A stretch of 64,000 bases of DNA from a virus. Position numbers and translations under genes: made by a program. Under the pieces are notes generated by a model, which was not told the origin of the DNA, ran no database searches, and saw only the letters and a program-made list of their open reading frames with translations. Of the stretch, positions 50,095 to 58,253 are shown piece after piece (position 1 is the stretch's first letter; every line of letters starts with the position of its first letter). The stretch covers positions 83,531 to 147,530 of IMG/VR virus record IMGVR_UViG_3300049489_000321, one strand, 5' to 3'.

Positions 50095-50568
50095 ATGAAT
50101 AACAATTTTAAAATGAACCCGCCTCCACCCGATGCGGCCCAGGCGCTGGAGGAGAAGCTGCGGGCGCTGCATGACGAAGGCTCCGAATGCGACTACTGGG
50201 ATATCAGCGTGTGCATAACTGGTCAAAACGGCAGCCATAGAACTCCCGTGGTTCCGTACAGTTGCTCGCTTATGCGCCGGCTTCGCGCTGCTGCCGCCCT
50301 CGGTGCAGCGCAGGCAGCCGACCGCATTGCTGCGCTGGAAGCCATCGTCAGTCTCTACGAGCAACGGGCCATTAACGAGGACACAATCGAGCAGGCCAAC
50401 GCCGACCGCAACTATGCCCTCGGTGCAGCGCAGGGCCGGGCTGAGGCGTTCGAGGAGGCGGCGCATCTTGCGGAGTCGCATGACGTGTCCAGGTGGGGTA
50501 GAGGCCCCGCCCATGCCATCCGTGACGCCATCCGCGCCCGCGCGGCGAAGGAGGGCGGGGATGAGTGA
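50095..50568 (+). CDS. Mosaic helical protein in GC-rich island
   Basis: KLRAL, two ALGAAQ and IRARAA blocks shared with 54512..54763. Confidence 0.6.
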   Translation: MNNNFKMNPPPPDAAQALEEKLRALHDEGSECDYWDISVCITGQNGSHRTPVVPYSCSLMRRLRAAAALGAAQAADRIAALEAIVSLYEQRAINEDTIEQANADRNYALGAAQGRAEAFEEAAHLAESHDVSRWGRGPAHAIRDAIRARAAKEGGDE

Positions 50569-51220
50569 ATGCATGAACTGCTGCGCCAAGCCGTGCGAGT
50601 GCGACCAGCTCCGCGCCCAGCTCGCGGCGGTGGAGTCCGTGTTGAAGAACGGAATTGAGGCCGACTACGTGGTGGCCGCTGCCGAACGCCGGGCTGCGGA
50701 GGCGGAAGCGGAGGTCGGGCGACTCAAGCGCGACCGTGAGCGGCAGGAGCGTGTTAACGCCCGCCTTGCTACTGAGCGCGATGCCCTGCGCGCCGAGGTC
50801 GAGATGCTGCGCGGTGTCGGTTGCAACGAAGACGGCGACGGACCCTGTGGTGCATGCCTCAAGTGCGCGCGCGCCGAGGTCGAGCGGTTGCGGGCTGAGC
50901 TTGAAAACAAAGAGGCATACGTCGAGTACATCCAGTCGCTGGACGCTGCCGACCTGAGCTTCGACAACGACCGCTTGCGCGCCGCGCTGCGGAAGTACGG
51001 GCATCACGTGCGCCCTTGCCCGTGGCATTGGGCCTTCGGTCGGGAATACCCAAGGGTTGACCTTGGCGAGAAGCCATGCACCTGCGGCCTCGATGCCGCC
51101 CTAAACGGCGCGGGCGGGGCGGGGGAGTACGGCCACCACGAAGAGTTCTGCGGCCAGTGTGGCTGGAGCGGGACTGGCTTCCATGCCTGTCCGGGCCACC
51201 CCGGAGAGAACGAGGGATGA
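50561..51220 (+). CDS. Mosaic coiled-coil/zinc-finger protein in GC-rich island
   Basis: ATG 50561 after GGAGG; coiled-coil blocks alternate with Cys/His clusters. Confidence 0.65.
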   Translation: MSECMNCCAKPCECDQLRAQLAAVESVLKNGIEADYVVAAAERRAAEAEAEVGRLKRDRERQERVNARLATERDALRAEVEMLRGVGCNEDGDGPCGACLKCARAEVERLRAELENKEAYVEYIQSLDAADLSFDNDRLRAALRKYGHHVRPCPWHWAFGREYPRVDLGEKPCTCGLDAALNGAGGAGEYGHHEEFCGQCGWSGTGFHACPGHPGENEG

Positions 51221-51830
51221 TGCGTAGACACCGCTGTTCTGAGTGTGGAGAATTGGAAAAAGTTGAAGATCTACCGATTGTTAATCGAGATGCTGGTAAC
51301 AATCTCCATCGTTGGCATCTAGTGTGTTGGCGCCAATTTCTTTGGTGGTTAAAGGGACACCACACTGATTTACCGAAAAAGTACAGAGAGGCACCTATTA
51401 ACGCAGATCTCGACATGCCACTTGCAAGAAAATAGTGTAAATGTTTAATAAGTATAACAAACCAGCACATTTCTGCGATCTTCATAAAAGAGAGTACACA
51501 GGGTTTACTACGCTGTTTTGCCCCGCTTGCGAAAATGAACCGTCTGTGGCGTCTTTACCGTTTGAAGGAGAGATGTTGTCTGCATATATGGACGGTAGTG
51601 GAGTATCTATCCTGGTTAAGATATGTAGGTCTCCTAACAATGAAATGAATAACAAAGACATGCTTTTAGAAGTACCTACTGCTGTCTACGAAGAAGCTAG
51701 AACTGCTGTTTGCTTCGGCAAAAGGTTTGCTTCGTTTAACGCAATTAAACTATTTGATAGATCGTGTTTTAGTTTAACGTCAACTATTACGTACACGGAG
51801 GAATGTAGCCTTGACAAAATATCTCGATAA
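51217..51830 (+). other. Hypothetical ORFs (~51217..51435 CxxC..H..C; 51441..51830)
   Basis: ORF track; start of the first reassigned. Confidence 0.5.
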
Positions 51831-51979
51831 GAGTTTTAATAGCCCTGCAAATTCAAAGAAATACATTTCGAATTATGAAAGAGTCTTTGGTAGAAAATGT
51901 GTGGATTGTGGTACGGTGGTATTTCCTAACGACAAAGGTGAGTTCGAGGATTGCGTGTGTATTAACACACTAAAATAAC

Positions 51980-52801
51980 ATGATTTTACGATTTTGCTCG
52001 TGTGGATGTGGTAAAATACTTAAGAGATACAAAAACAAGTTTGGCAAAGATGCTGGCTACGGATCTGGAATTTACGCACCAGACTGTGATCGCAAATTCA
52101 CAGAAGAGAAGAGTAGGAATATATCGTCTGTTGATCTGTCTTGGGTTGCTGGTATTATAGAGGGTGAAGGACACATAGGTATAGCCAATCCTAAAGTGGC
52201 AGGAACAACGCGAAGGAGGTACGTGCTAGGCTTGTGTGTTGATAACACAGATTACAGAATAATAGATAAACTTCATAATTTATTCGGTGGATATGTTGGC
52301 GTAAATAATAGAAAAATAGTTAAAGACAAAAACGCCAAATGGCAGTTTCGATGGCAAGTTTCGTCGGTCAAGGCTGCTACCATACTGAGGATCATACAAC
52401 CTTTTGTCGTTTCAAAAATCGAAGAAGTAAACCTAGGTATTGAATTTTATTTAGCATCAAGAGAATCTTGGCAGAACGACGCGACAAAGCCAAGGCTAGA
52501 ACCCATGCGACTTAAAATGCTGGAACTCCACAAGAGGCGCCCCGAACCTACGCAGGATAGTAGTTTATATCATAAATATAAGAAAAGTTTAATGGAGGTT
52601 CAAATGGGTAATAAGAAGAAAGACGCCAAATCACAACCAGAGGAAGGGGATCCTACAGAAGCCTACGTTAACCAAGACGGCTCTGCCGATACTCCTGACA
52701 AGTCTTTCTTAGATACTGTCAACGAGTTACCAGAACTACCGACTTCCGTAATGGCTGTTTCCAAGCCTAAGAAGTCTAGAAAAAGAATAAATAAACTATG
52801 A
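51980..52801 (+). CDS. LAGLIDADG homing endonuclease with in-frame C-terminal extension
   Basis: WVAGIIEGEG, VDNTD..II..L..LFGG, IQPFVVSK; N-terminal CSCGCG. Confidence 0.8.
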   Translation: MILRFCSCGCGKILKRYKNKFGKDAGYGSGIYAPDCDRKFTEEKSRNISSVDLSWVAGIIEGEGHIGIANPKVAGTTRRRYVLGLCVDNTDYRIIDKLHNLFGGYVGVNNRKIVKDKNAKWQFRWQVSSVKAATILRIIQPFVVSKIEEVNLGIEFYLASRESWQNDATKPRLEPMRLKMLELHKRRPEPTQDSSLYHKYKKSLMEVQMGNKKKDAKSQPEEGDPTEAYVNQDGSADTPDKSFLDTVNELPELPTSVMAVSKPKKSRKRINKL

Positions 52802-53097
52802 ATACTAATGTAAAAGAAACCTTACACAAACTGCATAAACACGCTTGTGGTTATGAGGAAGAATGCGCCGCTAATGAAGACGACCCAAAGGAATCAGGAG
52901 TTTGTGACAATTGGGACGCTTTAAGGGATGCGTTTAGTTTAGGCGTGAAAACAGAACGCGAGGAAGTGATTAACGATCTTCGATCAATTAGGTTTAAAGT
53001 ACGTACGGTACCTTTTGAGGTTACGCATGTAGAGAACTTTATCAAATCCATAGCTGATTACTATGAGTGTGGTGATTGGAACAAAGATCTAGTTTAG
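52798..53097 (+). CDS. Hypothetical protein
   Basis: ATGA overlap. Confidence 0.5.
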   Translation: MNTNVKETLHKLHKHACGYEEECAANEDDPKESGVCDNWDALRDAFSLGVKTEREEVINDLRSIRFKVRTVPFEVTHVENFIKSIADYYECGDWNKDLV

Positions 53098-53109
53098 TAA
53101 AACATACAG

Positions 53110-53129
53110 TAACTTTGTAAGATCGTCTT
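53110..53129 (+). promoter_or_regulatory. Phage promoter-like motif
   Basis: TAACTTTGT AAGATCG TCTT; ATG at 53134. Confidence 0.7.
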
Positions 53130-53133
53130 GTAT

Positions 53134-53376
53134 ATGTTCGATTTTATTACAAAATGGAAAGAGCGAAAGCAACAACGACTAGCGCTAGAAACTGCGAGAA
53201 ACGCTGACATTGGAGACGTTGTGTTGCTTTGTCCTAAAGGTAAGAAAAGACCTAAAAGCTATGAAATCGTTGGAAAAAGCGCAGAGCATCATGGCACGAT
53301 CGTTTTTTCCTTGAAAGCGCTCCACGGAAAGCGTACATTCAACACCGTCGCAACCAACCACGAACTTGTCTTCTAG
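53134..53376 (+). CDS. Hypothetical protein
   Basis: ATG 24 nt after the motif start. Confidence 0.55.
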   Translation: MFDFITKWKERKQQRLALETARNADIGDVVLLCPKGKKRPKSYEIVGKSAEHHGTIVFSLKALHGKRTFNTVATNHELVF

Positions 53377-53396
53377 TAATTTTGTATAAAGTTCTT
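53377..53396 (+). promoter_or_regulatory. Phage promoter-like motif
   Basis: TAATTTTGT ATAAAGT TCTT; leader has hairpin AACCAGG/CCTGGTT and SD AAGGA. Confidence 0.7.
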
Positions 53397-53451
53397 AGAC
53401 ACCAAAACCAGGAAGTGCCTGGTTAGTCAATTAAAGAAAGGATTTTGTTAA

Positions 53452-53730
53452 ATGTCTACCCGTGTTACCGTCGATCAGCTTATGTCCCACACCAACCTGG
53501 ACCGGCCTTCGTGCTATGGTCTTCTTCGTTTCCTTGAGCAGTCGGGGCTCGCGACTGTCGAAGCGGCGCCGCGTGACCCAAAGCAGCGCGGCAGGTCGCA
53601 GGCCCTTTACCGTATTCGTGAGGACGCTGCAATGAAGCTTCATCAGCTGCTTTCCAACTTTATGGTTGATAGCGTTGTTTCTGAGGAAGTTGTTGACGCT
53701 GATCTTGACAGCGTTGCTGCTGTTGGGTAG
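53452..53730 (+). CDS. Winged-helix DNA-binding protein (putative)
   Basis: TVDQL...LDRPSCYGLLRFLEQSGLA...RGRSQALY pattern, acidic tail. Confidence 0.6.
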   Translation: MSTRVTVDQLMSHTNLDRPSCYGLLRFLEQSGLATVEAAPRDPKQRGRSQALYRIREDAAMKLHQLLSNFMVDSVVSEEVVDADLDSVAAVG

Positions 53731-54040
53731 TATATAGGGTGTAAAGCCCTGTTGCGTTCGTTTCCCCCTCTTGAGGCCGGTTCCTCTACCAACTCTTGAG
53801 GCAATAACAGAGGGTCGCTAATAATTGATACGCTTATTAGGACTAAACTTAATACTAGTATCCGGTCATACTCTCGCGGCCACACAATTACGTAGCCAAT
53901 CGTAACTCTGTAATGAGCCAGGATCGTTATAGCGCAACTTGGGAAGTTGCGTAAGAGAGTCCTTTTCTGGTAGACTGTGTTGCCCTCGGAAGTTGTACAG
54001 TATACCTGCGTCCTGAGTAAGACGGTAAACTGCTTATTTA
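53731..54040 (+). ncRNA. Putative structured non-coding RNA
   Basis: Non-coding gap in a gene-dense region with several stems (CTAATAA/TTATTAG, GCGCAACTT/AAGTTGCGT, ACTCTC/GAGAGT) and a 3' pseudoknot. Confidence 0.5.
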
Positions 54041-54041
54041 T

Positions 54042-54099
54042 ACCGTCTGAGAACCTTAGAGTTCGGCTAGCTCTGGTGAGAATCCAGCAGACGGTTCCA
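54042..54099 (+). ncRNA. tRNA-like mini-element without anticodon arm, CCA-ended
   Basis: ACCGTCTG/CAGACGGT 8-bp acceptor, GAAC/GTTC hairpin, CTGG-TGAGAAT-CCAG T-arm, then T-CCA. Confidence 0.6.
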
Positions 54100-54112
54100 T
54101 TTTAAATAAATT

Positions 54113-55055
54113 ATGAAATATTATATTAGACACGGTTATTACGGATGTGAAACCGGTTGTTGTGGTACTACTTTTGAATCCGAAGACGGTAAGCATGAAG
54201 GATTCACTTTTTGGCACCCGGATACCGATGATCAGACTTTAGAAGCTGCTAAGAAGCACTTTAAAGACAGAATTCCGTTAGATGCTGAGCTTGTTTGGGA
54301 ATACGACGGTTGTTAGGGAACAAGAATACTATGAAGTCTAAGAACATTGATCTTGAGGTTAATACTACCGTTAATTTTGCTGCTGTTTACGAAGAGATGC
54401 TACATCAGTTTGATTACGACGATTGGTTCAAGCTTATCGTAGACATCGAGGATACGGTCTGCGACCTAGATTTTACCAAGAAGCTCCGAGATCATCTTAA
54501 CGAAGTTATTAATGAAGCCAATGAGTAAAGACCTAGAAACGAAGCTGCGAGCGCTGGTCGAGAACGCGATGCGCGACTACAGCACGCCACTACTCGACAC
54601 CCTACGCCAAGCCGCCGCCCTCGGTGCAGCGCAAGCGTATGAGGACTGTGACCAAATCGTCCGCCTTGAGCCTATCGAGGTCGGCGTGTTCACGACCGCC
54701 GATGTTCGGTATGCGCTGTCGCGACTCATCCGCGCCCGCGCCGCATCGACGGGGAAGCCGTGAGGAACTTGCTTTGGTTTACGCTGATGGTCGTGTCTCG
54801 GTCCGTTGTCGAGTTCATTGACTATGCCCGCGCTTCGACGGGGAGCAAGCCGTGAGCAAGCCCAGGACCGAGTGGCGAATCGAGCAGTTCATCGGCTTCG
54901 GCACATGGGAGGACATCGGGATTCGCTTTGGATCGCAGCGGTATGCAAAGGCGCGGGCAAAGCGATTCACGCTGCTGGATGAGGGCGAGAACAAATATCG
55001 CGTGATCCGCATCACGCGCTGGCCTCCGCATAAGTATTTAATATGTGGCAAATGA
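54113..55055 (+). other. Small ORFs 54113..54316, ~54331..54528, 54512..54763, 54760..54855, 54852..55055 (last three in a GC-rich island)
   Basis: Tiled ORFs with GTGA overlaps. Confidence 0.55.
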
Positions 55056-55492
55056 TTTCATCTTCACTTATTGCTGTTTGGATTCAAACAGCTAATCCTA
55101 GTATATCTTTTAGACGAGCACTCAGTTATGCTGATGTAATTGCTGTGGAATCCAAGAAATACGATGTTGATCCAAAACTAGTCGTTTCTATCGCTTGGCA
55201 TGAATCTGGTTTCCGTAGTAAATTGGTTAGCCCTACAGATGACTACGGCCTGTTACAAGTTCACTGGAGTCCTGGCGCTCCCTGGCTTAAAGGATTAGCT
55301 AAAGAAGATTTGCTTAGTCCTTACACTAACTTGAAGGTAGGCATCAGGGAACTAGCCTGGTGGCGGAAGCAGCATGAAGAACGTTGTAATGGAGAACACC
55401 CGTATTTTTCACACTACAAATGGGGTTACAAAGTAAAGAACGCTAAATACGGCGATTCTATTGATAAAAAGCAGTTAATGCTTGCACAGTAA
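55043..55492 (+). CDS. Lytic transglycosylase (SLT domain)
   Basis: YDVDPKLVVSIAWHESGF...DYGLLQV...PYTNL..G; start may be 55052. Confidence 0.8.
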   Translation: MWQMISSSLIAVWIQTANPSISFRRALSYADVIAVESKKYDVDPKLVVSIAWHESGFRSKLVSPTDDYGLLQVHWSPGAPWLKGLAKEDLLSPYTNLKVGIRELAWWRKQHEERCNGEHPYFSHYKWGYKVKNAKYGDSIDKKQLMLAQ

Positions 55493-55836
55493 TGAATAAG
55501 CCTATAACTACATTCGGACAGGCACGTTTATACAAAGGCGTATTGCTTGTATTTGTTCTAAATACCATAGATGCAATAGCCACGGCTGTATTTGTACATA
55601 AAGGGTGGGCAAGAGAAGCAAACCCTTTGATGAAGCACCTTTTGGATTATAGCACGTGGTTATTTATAACAGTAAAACTAGTAGTTGGACTGTTGTTTCT
55701 AACTGTGTTTTCAATAGCTTATGAATTAAAGATAACTAAGATTTTAGTGTGTGTTTTGATTGCTATATATGGACTAATTGTGTTCTTGCAAGCAATTATT
55801 GGTCTATCTGTTTTGTATGATTTTCTTATTTATTGA
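55492..55836 (+). CDS. Three-TM membrane protein (DUF5658-like)
   Basis: LNTIDAIAT...G..EANPLM...F...K. Confidence 0.65.
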   Translation: MNKPITTFGQARLYKGVLLVFVLNTIDAIATAVFVHKGWAREANPLMKHLLDYSTWLFITVKLVVGLLFLTVFSIAYELKITKILVCVLIAIYGLIVFLQAIIGLSVLYDFLIY

Positions 55837-55847
55837 TCCTTATTGGA

Positions 55848-55867
55848 TAACTTTGTAAAGGATTCTT
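55848..55867 (+). promoter_or_regulatory. Phage promoter-like motif
   Basis: TAACTTTGT AAAGGAT TCTT; ATG at 55872. Confidence 0.7.
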
Positions 55868-55871
55868 AGAC

Positions 55872-56780
55872 ATGAAGACTAAGTACACTTCTAAGGCGTT
55901 TTTCGAGGTCGATAACACTGAGTATGTCTTTGTCGGTCGTGGCTGGTCTACGGCTGCCTCGTATTGGGATCCGTCTGATCAAGAGATGACCATTGACGGT
56001 TGCGAGCGGTACATCTACGCAGAGTACGAGGGTAAGGTAGTGCAAGAAAGCGCTAATAAGCACTTTGATATCGATGAGGCTATTAAGCACATTGCCACTA
56101 GTCAAGGTACGTCTGATGACGACGCAGCAGATACGATTATCCAACAGCTTTGGGACAATGCTGAAGCAGACGATTTTGACGACGAAGGGTTTGCTTGGGA
56201 TGAGTAATAACGACGACGATCAGGACACCAATAACAGTCTAAATCTAATTAAGAATGAGGTAAATAGTGTTCTTGGATATGCTCTAAAGGATTTGGAAAG
56301 TCTTGTAGATCATGCTGTAAAAGTTGGCTATTCTATGGCCATTGAACAGAGCGCCGCCGCAGAGCGTACTGCAATTGTAGCCTTTATTCGTAGGCACTTT
56401 GCTAGTACCCTTTGGCACGTAGATACCAGGGCTGGTGAGAAACAGTCACTCGCTGAAGCTATTGAGGACGGAATTCATCACAAGGATATCCCATGAATAA
56501 ACTTAGAACCTACGAATTTATCCAGAAGGCAGGCAATGGTGGGTTTCCTGTTCCAAACGAAGGTCCGTTTACGCACGGTGAATCTGTGTTAGTAGTTAGT
56601 ACGCGCGAGCTGGTTGCTTTGTTTAAGATGATGACGCTTAAACTAGAAGCTGGTATGCGTCATAAAATGAGTCCTCAACGTCGTGATAGGTATGCGCGTG
56701 CTGTTGTTGCTATGAAAGAAATTACTGACGAGCACAATATGTGGGTAGTTCCGCCTGATTGGGATGAGGATTACCCATGA
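55872..56780 (+). other. Hypothetical ORFs 55872..56207, 56200..56496, 56493..56780
   Basis: Tiled ORFs with overlaps. Confidence 0.55.
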
Positions 56781-57259
56781 GTCGAGACCCACTGCTTTTA
56801 GCCAAGATGTTCGCTACTATGAAGCACGCCGATCAGAAGTACGGCGTGTTACCCTACACTCACCATTTACAGGACGTAGAGCGTGTTCTGGTTGAATTCG
56901 GCTATACCGATCTTACCCTCCGCACAGCGGCTTGGCTGCATGACGTAGTAGAGGATACTCCAACAAAGTTGAAGGAGATTTATGAAGCCTTTGGAGATGA
57001 GGTTGCCGAGCTTGTAAACGCTGTTACAAATGAGCCTGGACCTAGCCGTAAGGTACGCGCTGCGCTCACCTACCCAAAGATTAGAGCTAGTGATAACGCT
57101 ACCAGGCTAAAACTGGCTGATCGCATTGCAAACGTCCGCTCTGGTGGTAGATTAGTGGAGATGTACCGTAAAGAGCACGATGATTTCCACCGGATGATTT
57201 ATCGTCCTGACGTTGCAGACAACATGTGGGCAGAATTGAATAATCTTCTACGTACTTAA
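56777..57259 (+). CDS. HD-domain (p)ppGpp hydrolase (small alarmone hydrolase, Mesh1-like)
   Basis: H.DQKYG..PYTHH...AAWLHDVVEDT...FG.EVA.LV..VT...KLADRIAN. Confidence 0.85.
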   Translation: MSRDPLLLAKMFATMKHADQKYGVLPYTHHLQDVERVLVEFGYTDLTLRTAAWLHDVVEDTPTKLKEIYEAFGDEVAELVNAVTNEPGPSRKVRAALTYPKIRASDNATRLKLADRIANVRSGGRLVEMYRKEHDDFHRMIYRPDVADNMWAELNNLLRT

Positions 57260-57284
57260 GGAGTTAGTTAATGGATTATGATAG

Positions 57285-57759
57285 ATGACTCCATATAAGC
57301 GTCCTGAAGGCGAAAACCTATACAAGTGGAAAGATGTAGAGAATCTAGCGCGTAGATTTGCAGAAGAGTGTACTTGTCCTAGATCTGCAATTATGTATTG
57401 CGGTCCTTGTGAAAGATGCGTACTAGCTTCCGCTATTGTAGAAATTGAAAAATTGAGGAATTACAATGGATTATGATAGAGAATTTGGTATAGACCTTCG
57501 CTTAAACATGAAGGATATGATCTTTGGGATGATGAAGCATCTTATTGACCATAACGATAAGTTACTTACGCGCGTTCGCCAAGAGCTTGAAAGACTGTTG
57601 ACGGGTGAGGAATTTGAGCGTCAAGTAGTCCAAGAGGTTCGGCACGCAGTAGATGAGCAGATTAGAAAATCTGCACAATTTGTTGCAATGAATTATGCTG
57701 ATGGTTATAAGGCCAAGATTGACAAAGCAGTGCAAAAAGCACTTGATAAGCTAAAATGA
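57285..57759 (+). other. Two hypothetical ORFs (57285..57476, 57466..57759)
   Basis: ORF track. Confidence 0.5.
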
Positions 57760-58247
57760 AGGTTTTGTTTTTAGATGTAGATGGCGTTTTAAATTCCTGG
57801 GATTGGGTAGCCAGAAGAGTTAAGGATCCGCTTTGGCATCAATTGCGTAAAGAGGAACGTGAAGCCATGGAAGGGCTTGATCCCGACGCTATGGCTAGAC
57901 TTAACCGTATTGTTGATGAAACTAAATGCCTAGTGGTCCTTTCTTCTACGTGGAGAAAAGATCACTCACTTACCCAACTAAACAGAATGTTTAGACTTCG
58001 TGGCTTTAAGCACACTCTATTTGGTACGACCCCCTCTATTTGGCTAGATGGGGACGATCGTGGACGTAAGCAGCGTGGTGGAGAGATTCATTGGTGGCTG
58101 TCACAGCTTGACACTATGCCGGTTTTCGCTATTGTAGATGACGACTCCGACATGGAGCCTCATATGGACCGCTTGGTGAAGACCCACTACCAGTACGGAC
58201 TTACAGATGAAATTGCTGACAAACTGGTACAGTTGTTAAACGAATAA
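57756..58247 (+). CDS. HAD-family phosphatase (RNA-repair-associated type)
   Basis: FLDVDGVLN, LSSTWR, RGGEI..WL, IVDDDSDM, GLT. Confidence 0.85.
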   Translation: MKVLFLDVDGVLNSWDWVARRVKDPLWHQLRKEEREAMEGLDPDAMARLNRIVDETKCLVVLSSTWRKDHSLTQLNRMFRLRGFKHTLFGTTPSIWLDGDDRGRKQRGGEIHWWLSQLDTMPVFAIVDDDSDMEPHMDRLVKTHYQYGLTDEIADKLVQLLNE

Positions 58248-58253
58248 ATATAA

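Noticed and set aside
50303-50560. N-terminal part of ORF 50303..51220
   Set aside because: Out-of-frame overlap with 50095..50568; ATG 50561 has an SD and matches the MSE start of the related gene at 45438
53903-53922. Extra promoter-motif copy TAACTCTGT inside the ncRNA region
   Set aside because: Lacks the TCTT element after 7 nt (CAGG instead) and has no adjacent start
53731-54099. tmRNA (similar length, CCA end)
   Set aside because: The acceptor stem closes locally, there is no G3:U70/A73 alanine identity, and no 5' GGGG..GAC end or tag frame was recognised
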